Shown in pieces: positions 39,230 through 48,930 of a DNA stretch of 64,000 nt (the stretch's first letter is position 1; the number at the start of each line of letters is the position of its first letter). Source of the DNA: Dehalococcoidia bacterium. GTDB taxonomy: Bacteria > Chloroflexota > Dehalococcoidia > Plut-88900. The translations under genes and the position numbers were made by a program. The DNA lies in the NCBI GenBank assembly GCA_965207225.1, contig CBDBLV010000005.1, positions 1,632,001-1,696,000 of the forward strand, written 5' to 3'. The notes below the pieces were generated by a model, which saw only the letters and a list, made by a program, of their open reading frames with translations, was not told the DNA's origin and ran no database searches.

Positions 39230-41020
39230 ATGCGCAACGCCGAAACCATACTGGGAATCATTCGCGACAGAGGTACACGGGGACTGCCCGTGAACGACCT
39301 TTACCGCCAACTTTGGAACCCGAACCTGTACCTGACGGCCTACGGGCGTATCGCCAAGAACGACGGTGCGCTCACCCCAGGCGCAACACCGGAGACCGCA
39401 GACGGGATGAAGATGGACGACATCCACGCGATCATCGAGGCCCTCCGCTTCGAGCGCTACCGATGGACTCCGGCCCGCCGCGTATACATCCCGAAAGCCA
39501 ACGGGAAGCGGCGGCCACTCGGACTCCCAACGTGGTCGGACAAAGTGCTGCAAGAAGTTATGCGTCTCCTACTGGAGGCGTACTACGAACCGCAGTTCAG
39601 CGACCGGTCGCACGGCTTCCGGCCCAACCGTGGATGCCACACGGCGTTCACGGAGATAACCCGCACCTGGACAGGCACGACATGGTTCATCGAAGGAGAT
39701 ATCGCCGGTTGCTTCGACAACATCGACCATAAGGTGTTGCTGGAAATACTAGGCGAGAACATCCAGGACAACCGTTTCCTGCGGCTTGTTTCCAACCTCC
39801 TTGGGGCTGGCTACCTTGAGGACTGGAAGCTCAACGCCACCTACAGTGGCACACCTCAGGGAAGTGTGGTGAGTCCCATACTCGCCAACGTCTACCTAGA
39901 CCGGTTGGACAGGTTCGCGGAGGACGTGCTCTTGCCCGAATACAACCGTGGCACCGGACGACGGAAGAACCCGCAGTATCAAAGGGTTTCCAAACGAGTT
40001 ATGCGTCTACGGCAATCTGGCCATGCAAAGGAAGCGGCGGAACTTCGCCCACTCCTGCGCACCATGCCCAGCCACGACACCCATGACCCGGCCTACCGCC
40101 GTCTCCGGTACACACGGTACGCCGACGACTTTCTACTCGGTTTTGCGGGGCCAAAGAACGAGGCCGATGAGATCAAGGCCCGGCTAGGCAAGTTCCTGCA
40201 AGATAACCTCAAGCTGGAGCTATCCGACGCTAAAACCCTGGTCACCCACGGCCGCACTGAGGCAGCACGGTTCCTCGGCTACGAGGTCGTCGTTCAGGGG
40301 AGCAAAGACAGGCTCGACGCCAGTGGCCGCCGATCGGTCAATGGTATCATCGGGCTGCGCGTTCCCCAAGACGTCGTACGCGCCAAGAGCGCCGCCTACA
40401 TGCGTAACGGCAAACCAATCCACCTTGGAATACGAATTCATGACTCGCTTTACAGCATCGTGGAACAGTACCAGGCGGAGTACCGGGGTGTCGTCAACTA
40501 CTACCGGCGTGCAACCAACCTGGGCGCACTAAGCCATCTCCGTTGGGTCATGGAAATGTCACTTGCCAAGACACTCGCGGCAAAGCTGAAGATCAGCGTG
40601 CCACAGGTGTTCAAGCGGTACAAAACTACGATTCAGACTGACAAAGGGCCTCGCAAGGTCCTGATGGTGAAAGTGGCCGAGCCGGGCGAAAAGACGCTGG
40701 TGACGTACTGGGGCGGGGTTTCGCTTGCGCGGGACAACGCGGCAACCCTGGTCGATAAACACCCCCCGATACTCAATAGTCGGACGGAACTCGAACAGCG
40801 CCTGCGGGCCAACGTCTGCGAGCTTTGCGGCTCAACGGTGAAGGTCCAGGTGCACCACGTACGAGCGCTGAAAGACTTGCGAAAGAAGGGACGGGCCAAG
40901 CCGCCCGTTTGGGTGGAGGTCATGGCAGCACGGCGTCGCAAGACGCTCGTGGCCTGTGCGTCATGCCACGCGGACATCCACGCCGGACGCCCGCTGAAGC
41001 AGAACGAACAGGCAGCCTGA
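39230..41020 (+). CDS. ltrA: Group II intron reverse transcriptase/maturase with C-terminal HNH-type domain
   Basis: RPLGLP, SHGFRP, GDIAGCFD, GTPQGS, RYADD, CELCG..HH..CxxCH; AAGGAGGT RBS. Confidence 0.96.
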   Translation: MRNAETILGIIRDRGTRGLPVNDLYRQLWNPNLYLTAYGRIAKNDGALTPGATPETADGMKMDDIHAIIEALRFERYRWTPARRVYIPKANGKRRPLGLPTWSDKVLQEVMRLLLEAYYEPQFSDRSHGFRPNRGCHTAFTEITRTWTGTTWFIEGDIAGCFDNIDHKVLLEILGENIQDNRFLRLVSNLLGAGYLEDWKLNATYSGTPQGSVVSPILANVYLDRLDRFAEDVLLPEYNRGTGRRKNPQYQRVSKRVMRLRQSGHAKEAAELRPLLRTMPSHDTHDPAYRRLRYTRYADDFLLGFAGPKNEADEIKARLGKFLQDNLKLELSDAKTLVTHGRTEAARFLGYEVVVQGSKDRLDASGRRSVNGIIGLRVPQDVVRAKSAAYMRNGKPIHLGIRIHDSLYSIVEQYQAEYRGVVNYYRRATNLGALSHLRWVMEMSLAKTLAAKLKISVPQVFKRYKTTIQTDKGPRKVLMVKVAEPGEKTLVTYWGGVSLARDNAATLVDKHPPILNSRTELEQRLRANVCELCGSTVKVQVHHVRALKDLRKKGRAKPPVWVEVMAARRRKTLVACASCHADIHAGRPLKQNEQAA

Positions 41021-41152
41021 GTACCAACCGTTGCAACAGATAGGTAGTGTTCCAACCGTGAAACGCCCAAACACCTTCCGTTCCCAACGGGGCCGGTGGT
41101 AGACTGGGACACGGCAGACCTTCCCTCGAAACAGCACTGGAGGTTCCGGAGC

Positions 41153-41653
41153 GTGGATACAAAACTCGTCTTCGTGATCCCGACCTTGGTCGGACTCCTC
41201 CTTGCATTCAGCTTGGCTTGCAGTGATGCAAAACAAGACCCTGTGCTTGCTCGGGAGCAGGTTGAACTGGACAGGCATCGTGACATGTGGGAGCAAACCC
41301 GCGCCCATGACTACACGTATGAGTACAGCGTACTCTGCGAGTGCCCGGATCACGCCAGCAAGACCGTCAAGGTCACTGTACTGGACGGGGACATAGAGTC
41401 AGTCGAAAGCGTAGGGTTCGTCGAGTCCGCCATCTATACAAAATCTGGTGGGCCAATGACAGAACTACCCCGCTACCACACCATCGACCGCTTTTTCGAC
41501 GTGATCCAAGAAGCCATTACCGGTGAGGCCGACCAACTTACCGTCAGCTACGACAGTGAGTTCGGGTACCCAACGAAAGTCGAGATTGACTACACCGTCA
41601 ATGCGATAGACGACGAGTATACCCTCAAGGTCAAAGCTTACTCGCCTCACTGA
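41153..41653 (+). CDS. Lipoprotein, DUF6174-like, inside intron domain IV
   Basis: GGAGGT RBS; signal peptide ending LAFSLA-C; W....DYTYEY...CEC, TIDRFF, YD.EFGYP, DDE. Confidence 0.75.
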   Translation: MDTKLVFVIPTLVGLLLAFSLACSDAKQDPVLAREQVELDRHRDMWEQTRAHDYTYEYSVLCECPDHASKTVKVTVLDGDIESVESVGFVESAIYTKSGGPMTELPRYHTIDRFFDVIQEAITGEADQLTVSYDSEFGYPTKVEIDYTVNAIDDEYTLKVKAYSPH

Positions 41654-42076
41654 ACAGGCTCACACGAGCCTGGCCCCTACGATGCGGACGGTGCCACCGG
41701 CACCTCACCACAGACGCTACCTCCTGTAACGACACCGGAGAGCCGGATGACGCGAAAGTGTCACGTCCGGTTCGGAGGGGGGCCGACGGAAAAGTGCTCC
41801 ATTAGCGCGGAGTAACTCGCCGGCGGCCTACCCGACACTTGTAGGGTGAGCGGCAGTTTCTCAGGGGAGGCGCGGGCCAAGAGCCTTGCGAAATACCCGG
41901 GCATCGAGGGAGCGGCGTGAATGTGCGGTATATGGCACCGTGTTCATTGGCCCACGTGCGTGATTGACGCCCAGCTCAAGAAGGACCAACCATAGCTACG
42001 ATGCGCGTGGGCGCCGTGAATCATGGCGCGAAATATCATGGATCCGGTTAGAGCTTCCTCTACCGTCAGCTTGAGG

Positions 42077-42400
42077 TTACTCCTCTCCTACCTCGGAGAA
42101 GTTGGTGATGGCAACTTCGCCTTCTGGAAACTCGGCGACGATCTTCAGTTTCCCGCCTACTGCCTCAATGTAGGACCGCAAGCTGGATACGTACACATCG
42201 GCCCGCTGCTCCAGCTTGGAAACTGCGGGTTGGTTCACATTCAGCATCTTGGCCATGTCTCGCTGGGTTAGCGCCAGCGCCCGGCGAAGCTCGTGCAGCG
42301 GCATCTCGGCGAGCAACTCCCTCTTAAGGTCGTCGATGCGCCGCCGGCGCTCCGGCGTGAAATCGCTGGTCAGTTCGCTAAATGGATGGCGTCCACTCAT
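42077..42400 (-). CDS. XRE/HigA-type HTH antitoxin
   Basis: LTQRDMA.MLNVNQPAVSKLEQRAD..VSSLRSYIEAVGG. Confidence 0.9.
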   Translation of the reverse strand: MSGRHPFSELTSDFTPERRRRIDDLKRELLAEMPLHELRRALALTQRDMAKMLNVNQPAVSKLEQRADVYVSSLRSYIEAVGGKLKIVAEFPEGEVAITNFSEVGEE

Positions 42401-42759
42401 TTGATCAGTCCTTCCTTTCGAAGCTCTTCAAGATGTTCATCGTAGAGGGCGTCGGCCACGGGCACGTACTCCTCATAGAACCGGTCGTTGCCTGTCTTGT
42501 CGCCTCCGATGAGCAGAATCGACGTTCGCCTGGGGTCGAAGGCGTAGAAGACTCGAAGGGGCCTGCCGGCACTCTGCGTTCGAAGCTCGCGCATAACACC
42601 GTGCCGAGAGCCGGTGATGTCTGAGGAGTAGGAGTATGGCAGGTTGGGGCCGTGCTCCATCAGCAACTCGACTCTGGCGGCTACTGCATCCTGCTGGTTC
42701 TCCGAAAGTTCCTGCCACCACCGCCTGAACTCATCCGTGTATTCGACCTCCCAAGGCAT
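42397..42759 (-). CDS. RelE/HigB (Gp49-like) toxin
   Basis: WEVEYTDEF, MRELR, RVFYAFDPRR..ILLIGGDK; toxin precedes antitoxin. Confidence 0.9.
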   Translation of the reverse strand: MPWEVEYTDEFRRWWQELSENQQDAVAARVELLMEHGPNLPYSYSSDITGSRHGVMRELRTQSAGRPLRVFYAFDPRRTSILLIGGDKTGNDRFYEEYVPVADALYDEHLEELRKEGLIK

Positions 42760-42768
42760 GAGCCATTA

Positions 42769-42786
42769 TATTCCAAAAAGGGAATA
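42769..42786. promoter_or_regulatory. Putative TA operator
   Basis: TATTCC-N6-GGAATA immediately upstream of the toxin gene. Confidence 0.45.
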
Positions 42787-42923
42787 ATATTAAAGCTGCC
42801 ATCCGGTATCCAGACGGCGGGAACAGGTCGTGGTTGGGCCTCGAATAGGCTCCTCTCAGGGCAAGCGTGGAACAGCAGTCTTGAGAGTTATCAGAGTACC
42901 TTAGAAGGGCTGGTGAGGCGTGC

Positions 42924-43889
42924 TCAGGAAGGCAGCTCACCCCGGACGGTGCGGCGGTCCCGGTTGTCGAAGTAGGCGCATTCCGATAGAAGGTCGCCGT
43001 TCTGCGCGCCGGCTTCCGAGATTTCGATGTGCTGTCGGGTCAGGGGCCTGTAGGGGAAGGCCCCATGTCCGTACTGTTCCTCGGCGAATTGCAGCGTCTT
43101 TGCACGCTCCAGATCATAATGCGACTCTGCATCGACAAAGCGCATTACGTAGGCTGCACGCTTGGGAAGAGGCCCCTCGCCGAGCATGATGCTGCGATGG
43201 ACAACGTTTTTGTTGAACAGAAGGGCGTCGCCGGGCTGGAAATCATCTTCGACCTGGTGGGCCTCGAGAACTTCAAGCATGGTCGGCGAATTGAGGATGC
43301 CGTTGCGCAGCTTGAAATAATCAAGCACGGTCGTCCTGACCCCGGCTCGCTCCTTGGTCTCCATTGTCGAAACTATGACCGGCTCCAACCGGTAAGCAAA
43401 ATAGCCTGATATTACATTTTCGGGGACGTAGGCCATGCCGCCCCGCTGTCCCCCGGGGTCCACGGGATGCAGGGGCGCCCACAGCGTATAGGCAGGCTCT
43501 TCGGCGAACTGATAACCGAAACTCTGCATTCCCACGTGCCAGGGGAACCCCTTGCTGACATTCTTTTCGAGTTCAAAGCACATTTCGAATGTCAAGAAGA
43601 GATCGTGTCCGACCAGACTTGTAAGAGAGCGACGGAAATAGGGCCTTTCCAGCAACTCATACACATCGGTCTTTTCGGCCTCGAAGTCATAGGTGGAACG
43701 GTTGAAAATCGCGTTGGTCTGAAGCTGTCCGCTGCCACCACCCGCCATTTCGCCTTCAACTCGGTTTAACAGGGTGTTGACTACCTCGGGATTGTAAAAC
43801 CCATCAAGCTTGACGAAGCCGTTGCGCTGGAATTGATCTTTGTGCTCGTCGGTGACGAGGAATTTGTTGTCGAAGGGATGACTGTTCAT
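42924..43889 (-). CDS. Fe(II)/2-oxoglutarate oxygenase, PhyH-like fold, HxG halogenase-type motif
   Basis: F..NGFVKL, PWHVG (H118, G120), TLWAPL, PGDALLF...VVHRS (H231), R244, R250. Confidence 0.75.
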   Translation of the reverse strand: MNSHPFDNKFLVTDEHKDQFQRNGFVKLDGFYNPEVVNTLLNRVEGEMAGGGSGQLQTNAIFNRSTYDFEAEKTDVYELLERPYFRRSLTSLVGHDLFLTFEMCFELEKNVSKGFPWHVGMQSFGYQFAEEPAYTLWAPLHPVDPGGQRGGMAYVPENVISGYFAYRLEPVIVSTMETKERAGVRTTVLDYFKLRNGILNSPTMLEVLEAHQVEDDFQPGDALLFNKNVVHRSIMLGEGPLPKRAAYVMRFVDAESHYDLERAKTLQFAEEQYGHGAFPYRPLTRQHIEISEAGAQNGDLLSECAYFDNRDRRTVRGELPS

Positions 43890-44088
43890 ATCTTGGTCCT
43901 CCCAACAGGCTCTTCATGAATTTCGGGTTCGAGAACAATCTTAGCACGGGAGGCCGTTGATTTAGTACGGTCGGGTGGAGAAGAGTGAGTCAAACGGGCA
44001 TGAGATAGAAGAGCCGCGCCGGATAGGCAGTACGCGAGCCCCTCCATTCGACCCTTCGAGGCCATAAGGTTGAGCGGTCTCCCGGGAT

Positions 44089-44118
44089 GGATTCCCGATC
44101 GGAGTCGGGAATGACGGA
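44089..44118. repeat. Repeat family C copy
   Basis: GGATTCCCGATCGGAGTCGGGAATGACGG. Confidence 0.7.
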
Positions 44119-44158
44119 TGGGGTGATAGGGGGGCCGATGATGTGCCCAAAGGGGCTC

Positions 44159-44947
44159 CTACCTGCCCTTGAAGTCGGGGGGGCGTTTCTCCAGCCAGGC
44201 CCTGACGCCTTCCTGGACGTCCTCACTCTGGGCGGCGATGATGCTGATTACATCCTCCAGCCGACCTGCCTCCCGGACGCCGTCAAGCAGGCTGCGGTAG
44301 GAGACTTCCTTGATACCGCGGACGGCCAGGGGGCCGTTGCTGTTGATCTTTCGGGCCATCTCCTCCGCCTTCTCCATGAGCTGGTCATGGGGGACGACGT
44401 GGTTTACGAAACCCCACTGCTCGGCCTGCTGAGCTGTGACGTGATTGCCGGTTAGAAGGAACTCCAGGGCCCTGCCGAAGGACATGTGGGCCCGAGCCCT
44501 GACGGTGCCCCACCAGGTGGTGACTATGCCCAGCTCCACCTCCGGCAGGCCGAATACTGCCCTCTCGGAGGCGATGCGTATGTCGCAGTCCATGGCAAAG
44601 ACCACACCTCCCCCCATCACCCACCCGTTGATGGCGGCGATTATGGGCTTCCAGACGCCCAGTTCTTCGGAAGGGCGCAGGGGTCTCGGGTCGCCGCCGA
44701 AGGGGTTACCCTTGTGGGCGCCGGTGTCGTGGTGGGAACGCATCTCTTTGAGGTCGGCGCCCGAGCAGAAGGAGCGGTCGCCGGCGCCGGTGAGGATGGC
44801 GGCCCAGGCGTCGTCATCGTCTCGAAATCGCGTCCAGACCTCGTTCCACATCCGGGACATCTCGTTGTTGATGGCGTTGAGGGAGCGGGGTCTGTTCAGC
44901 GTGACATGAGCGATCTTGTCCTTTACTTCGTATTCGATGACGGCCAT
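44159..44947 (-). CDS. Enoyl-CoA hydratase/isomerase family protein
   Basis: LNRP..LNA, FCSGADL, KPIIAAING..MGGG, FGLPEV. Confidence 0.93.
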   Translation of the reverse strand: MAVIEYEVKDKIAHVTLNRPRSLNAINNEMSRMWNEVWTRFRDDDDAWAAILTGAGDRSFCSGADLKEMRSHHDTGAHKGNPFGGDPRPLRPSEELGVWKPIIAAINGWVMGGGVVFAMDCDIRIASERAVFGLPEVELGIVTTWWGTVRARAHMSFGRALEFLLTGNHVTAQQAEQWGFVNHVVPHDQLMEKAEEMARKINSNGPLAVRGIKEVSYRSLLDGVREAGRLEDVISIIAAQSEDVQEGVRAWLEKRPPDFKGR

Positions 44948-44995
44948 ATTTTCCTCCTAAAGAGATTTGTGTAACTCCGCGACAGGTGAGGAAGA

Positions 44996-45098
44996 CACCC
45001 CACCCATTCCGCTCTTGAGACCCTTCGACTCTGCTCAGGGCGAGCGGAATGCCTCACCCCCATGAGACGGGTTCCCGATCGGAGTCGGGGAAGACAGT
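44996..45098. repeat. Repeat family B and C copies
   Basis: Matches the copies at 6808-6866 and 44089-44118. Confidence 0.75.
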
Positions 45099-45114
45099 TG
45101 TGCAAAGGTCTCTC

Positions 45115-46587
45115 CTAGGGATAGTAAAGGTCATTAGCGGCTTTCTGGAGGTCGGCCCTGAAGTCGGGGTGGGCGACGGCTATAAGTTCTCGGGCCCTTT
45201 CCCTGATGGTCTTGCCAAGGAGCTGGGCCACTCCGTACTCGGTGACTATGGTGTCGGCGAAGGAACGGGGGACGGTTATCACGGCGCCCTCCGGGTGCTG
45301 GGGGACGATGCGGGACACCTTACCTCCTGCCGCCGTGGAGCGCAGGAGGGTGATGGCCCTGCCGCCCTTGGAAATTACGGCGCCCATGTGAAGCTCGGGC
45401 TGGCCCCCGGTCCCGGTCCACTGCCGGCCTCCAATGCTCTCCGAGTTGATCTGCCCCGAGAAATCAATGGAGATAGCGTTGTTCATTGCGATGTAGTTGT
45501 CGTGAGAAGAGACCGTGTTGATGTTCACCACGTATTCGGCGTCCCGAAGCTCGATGCGAGGGTTGTTGTGGGCCAAAGGCACTTCCTCGGGGGCGCACCC
45601 CGTCAAGGCGGTGAACACGGCCCTACGGGGGTTGACGGTCTTGCGTTCGCTGTTGATGACTCCTCTTTCGATAAGCTCGACGATGCCTGGGGCGGTCATC
45701 TCCGAGTGCCAGCCGAGGTCTCGCTTCTGGTCGAAGGCGCCCAGTCGGGGCAGGTGGGCGCTGGGCGTTCCAACGCCGACCTGAATGGTGTCCCCATCCC
45801 TGACCAGCTCGGCTACATTCTCCGATATCTTCCGGTCTTCCTCGCCGGGGGTCGACGCCTTCAGAAAAAGCCTGACAAACTCCCTTATTTCTTTCACCGT
45901 ACCGCCGCACAAGCGCGGCAGGTTATCGTACCTGGCGTTCCCGCTCATCTGGCCCAGGAGCGGCTCCAACTCCCTACGAACCAGCGGGTCTTCAATGTTG
46001 GAGACCATCTCTTCCGATTCTTCCAGGGTCAGTTCAGGAGGAATGAACTCGGCGAAGCGGTCGATTTCGGAGACGTGTATGTAGTTGTCGCCGTAGGTGC
46101 GTATGAGAGATCCATCGACCTGGGCAATGACTAGCCGGGCGTGTTTGGCGAAGCTGCGCTTGTTCCACAGGGACTTGCCGAAACTGCAGTACCCTTCGTC
46201 GTCGGGAGGCGAACACGAGACCAGGGTCACGTCCAGCCTGGGGCCTCGATTGGGTTCCCTGTACGGCTGAAGGTCGGTGGTGAATATTGCGGGAGCAAAA
46301 TCTATACGGTGTTCGTAATAGGCCGGCCGAACAATGGGGCCAAGGAACATGGAGGGGCTGTACCTGAATGACCCCTCGAAATCGGCAGAAAGCCAGCCAG
46401 GGTCGTAGTGGGGAGCGACGTCAAATATGCGTATATCGTCAAACCGCTGGTGGTTTGAAACGAGCGCATCCATCAGTGCGGTGGGCTTCGGGTCCAGGCT
46501 GATGGCGATGTTGTCGCCGGGGCTGACCAGGGCCACGGCTTCGTCGGCTGTGACGGTGTTTTTCCGGTAGTGTTCTTGCCAGTCCAT
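45115..46587 (-). CDS. Acetyl-CoA hydrolase / 4-hydroxybutyrate CoA-transferase family protein
   Basis: SPPDDEGYCSFG, DGDTIQVGVG, HSEM, GTGGQ, IVTEYGVA, IAVAHPDFR. Confidence 0.9.
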   Translation of the reverse strand: MDWQEHYRKNTVTADEAVALVSPGDNIAISLDPKPTALMDALVSNHQRFDDIRIFDVAPHYDPGWLSADFEGSFRYSPSMFLGPIVRPAYYEHRIDFAPAIFTTDLQPYREPNRGPRLDVTLVSCSPPDDEGYCSFGKSLWNKRSFAKHARLVIAQVDGSLIRTYGDNYIHVSEIDRFAEFIPPELTLEESEEMVSNIEDPLVRRELEPLLGQMSGNARYDNLPRLCGGTVKEIREFVRLFLKASTPGEEDRKISENVAELVRDGDTIQVGVGTPSAHLPRLGAFDQKRDLGWHSEMTAPGIVELIERGVINSERKTVNPRRAVFTALTGCAPEEVPLAHNNPRIELRDAEYVVNINTVSSHDNYIAMNNAISIDFSGQINSESIGGRQWTGTGGQPELHMGAVISKGGRAITLLRSTAAGGKVSRIVPQHPEGAVITVPRSFADTIVTEYGVAQLLGKTIRERARELIAVAHPDFRADLQKAANDLYYP

Positions 46588-46837
46588 TGAGATATTTTCA
46601 TTGCAATGGAAATAAGCGGGGCAGGGGGAGTCTAAGATTTGTGCTGAGACGCGGTCAAGGAGTCGGGCAGCGGGGGCTTGACAATTGCCGGGCAAAGGCA
46701 GCAGACGGCTTTCTGAAGGACGGACAGCAATGCCGACGCATAAGCGCTTGATCATCGCCTGGTTTTTCGTTCCGTCGGGCTGAGCGGCGCCGTTTCCTGG
46801 TGCCGCGTAGGCGCGGGCAACTGGCAGAGTCGGCGCA

Positions 46838-46859
46838 AGTGCAATAAACTAATTGCACT
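46838..46859. promoter_or_regulatory. Putative metal-regulator operator
   Basis: AGTGCAAT-N6-ATTGCACT perfect inverted repeat just upstream of the ABC operon. Confidence 0.55.
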
Positions 46860-46890
46860 ATTGCTCACAAATGCGATGATGGAGATTCGA

Positions 46891-47952
46891 TTGGCTAACT
46901 TGACGAACAGGATTCGAAATAAAGGCTGGGTAGGACTTCTATCTCTATCGTTAGCTGTGATCCTGGTCCTGGGCGCGTGTTCAGAGTCGGGGGTGGAGGA
47001 GGGGGATGCGGAGCCGACGGCGACTTCTGTGCCCACGCCGAACGCGGCCCCGGCCGTCGAGCCTACGCCTACGTCTGAACCCGAACCAACGTCGACACAT
47101 GAGGCCATGCTGGGGCAGTACCCCTTACAGATTACGGACATGCTGGGCAGGCCGGTGGAAATAGCGGCGAAGCCGGTTCGGATAGCAAGCATCAGCCCTA
47201 CGGCTACGGAGATGCTGTACGCCGCCGGTGGGACGGCGGTGGCCCGAGACTCTAGCTCCACGTATCCTGAGGAAGTGGTCGGGCTTCCGGAGCTGGGGGG
47301 GGCATACTCGCCGAGCTTTGAGGCGATTGCGGCCCAACGCCCGGACCTGATACTGATCGAGGCTCTGAGCCAGGGTCGGTTCCTGGAGCCGCTGTCACAA
47401 CTGGGGACGCCGGTGGTGGCCGTTCGGGCGGCTTCGCTGGAGGACATAACAACGGGAATCAAGCTCCTGGGTACGGTCATTGGGAACGAAGAAGGGGCTG
47501 AGCAGGCGGCGGAGGCCCTGTCGGCGAGGGTGGCATCGGCCGTTGAGAACACTACAGGCGGCAAGAGTGCGTTGGTACTGATCTCGGACGCGGACAGGAA
47601 CCTGTACGTTGCGAAGCCGCAGTCGTACCCCGGGGCCATAACAGCGATGCTGCAACTGTCGAACCCGGCGGAAGACCTGCCGGACAGCGGGACGTTCCCG
47701 GGCTTTGCGCAGGTGTCGGTGGAGCAGCTGCTGACCATGGACCCTGACTTCCTGTTCACGATTACCCCCGCGCCGGAACCCGCCCCCCGACTTTCGACGA
47801 TGCTGCCCCGTTTCCCCGGATTCTCAGGCCTCCGAGCAATCACAAGCGGCCAGCTGCATGAAATCGACCACGTAATCTTCCTGCGCAACCAAGGGCCGCG
47901 CATAGCCGAGGCGGTGGAGGCGATGGCAGAAATCGTAGGAAGCGCCCAGTAA
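46891..47952 (+). CDS. ABC transporter substrate-binding lipoprotein (Fe-siderophore/heme/cobalamin class)
   Basis: LGAC lipobox, Pro/Thr linker, RIASISP..TEML, PDLIL; start uncertain. Confidence 0.9.
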   Translation: MANLTNRIRNKGWVGLLSLSLAVILVLGACSESGVEEGDAEPTATSVPTPNAAPAVEPTPTSEPEPTSTHEAMLGQYPLQITDMLGRPVEIAAKPVRIASISPTATEMLYAAGGTAVARDSSSTYPEEVVGLPELGGAYSPSFEAIAAQRPDLILIEALSQGRFLEPLSQLGTPVVAVRAASLEDITTGIKLLGTVIGNEEGAEQAAEALSARVASAVENTTGGKSALVLISDADRNLYVAKPQSYPGAITAMLQLSNPAEDLPDSGTFPGFAQVSVEQLLTMDPDFLFTITPAPEPAPRLSTMLPRFPGFSGLRAITSGQLHEIDHVIFLRNQGPRIAEAVEAMAEIVGSAQ

Positions 47953-48930
47953 TTGAGGCGTCCGGCCCTTGTATTGGCGGGTCTCGGGGTTGCGCTGCTT
48001 GCGGGATGCGTGGTTGGGGTCGCATTTGGAACTGCTGAACTCAGGGTAGCCGAAGTCTTTGGGGCCCTGTTCTCTGATAGCGGAGACCCGACTGCGGATA
48101 TCATAGTACGGTCGATCCGTCTACCGAGGGTAGTGGCGGCGTTGCTGGCAGGGGCCTGTTTTGGGGTGTCGGGTGCACTGATCCAGAGCGCCACCCGGAA
48201 CCCGTTGGGAGATCCCCAGCTATTCGGGCTGGGGGGCGGGGCATCAATAGTACAGGCCCTGGCGTTGGCGGGGGTCTTTGGTGTCGGGCCTTGGGGGCTG
48301 ACCTCACTTTCGGTGGCTGCCGCTACTGTGGGTGCGATCCTGATATTCCTGCTGGCTTCCCGGGAAACCCTGACGCCGGCCCGACTTGCGCTGATTGGCG
48401 TTTCCATCGGGGCGCTTACACTGGCGATTGCAGCGGCGATCCTGACTCATTCACGGGTATTCAGCTTGCAGGCGCTGGCACTGTTCAGCGGGAGCATGGC
48501 GAATCGGGGGTGGGGAGACGTAACGCCGGCGCTTCCCTACCTGGCTCTCGGGCTTGGGCTGGCCGTGTTGGCGGCTGGTCGGCTGAACCTGCTGGTACTC
48601 GGGGACCGGCTGGCGTGGCAACTAGGGGCCAACCCGGGGCACAGCCGGCTGACGGCCCTCGTAGCGGCGGGAGTTGTGGCGGGAGCCGGGGTCAGTCTGG
48701 CGGGGGTGGTCGGGTTCGTGGGCCTGTTCACTCCTCACGTGGTGAGACTGCTGGTGGGCAACGACGCCCGTACGGTTACTGCAATATCCGTGCCCGCAGG
48801 GGCCCTGGTGGTGCTGTATGCAGACCAGATTGCGAGGTTGGCTCTGATGCCCGCCGAAGTGCCGGTTGGGCTGGTGACAACGGTTCTAGGAGCGCCGCTG
48901 ATGATTTGGGTGGCGAGGAGGCTGCAGTGA
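47953..48930 (+). CDS. FecCD/BtuC family permease
   Basis: RLPR, Q...RNPLGDP, GFVGL..PH, EVPVG. Confidence 0.92.
   Translation: MRRPALVLAGLGVALLAGCVVGVAFGTAELRVAEVFGALFSDSGDPTADIIVRSIRLPRVVAALLAGACFGVSGALIQSATRNPLGDPQLFGLGGGASIVQALALAGVFGVGPWGLTSLSVAAATVGAILIFLLASRETLTPARLALIGVSIGALTLAIAAAILTHSRVFSLQALALFSGSMANRGWGDVTPALPYLALGLGLAVLAAGRLNLLVLGDRLAWQLGANPGHSRLTALVAAGVVAGAGVSLAGVVGFVGLFTPHVVRLLVGNDARTVTAISVPAGALVVLYADQIARLALMPAEVPVGLVTTVLGAPLMIWVARRLQ

Larger units (their letters stand above)
38718..41836 (+). mobile_element. Group II intron (IIA / mitochondrial-like type) with RT and a passenger gene
   Basis: 5' GTGCG; domain V GAGCCGGATGACGCGAAAGTGTCACGTCCGGTTC at 41740-41773; domain VI ending CCTACCCGAC with A seventh from the end; DIV stem GGTGTC (39193) / GACACC (41731); EBS1 CCTCC (39009) vs exon GGAGG (38713); EBS2 CTCCAGTT (38921) vs AATTGGAG (38704). 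Confidence 0.93.

Noticed and set aside
39230-41020. Retron, DGR or defence-type RT
   Set aside because: The maturase and HNH-type domains plus the complete intron RNA landmarks identify a group II intron.
41837-42076. Gene interrupted by the intron
   Set aside because: Joining the exons gave no reading frame or RNA gene that I could recognise.
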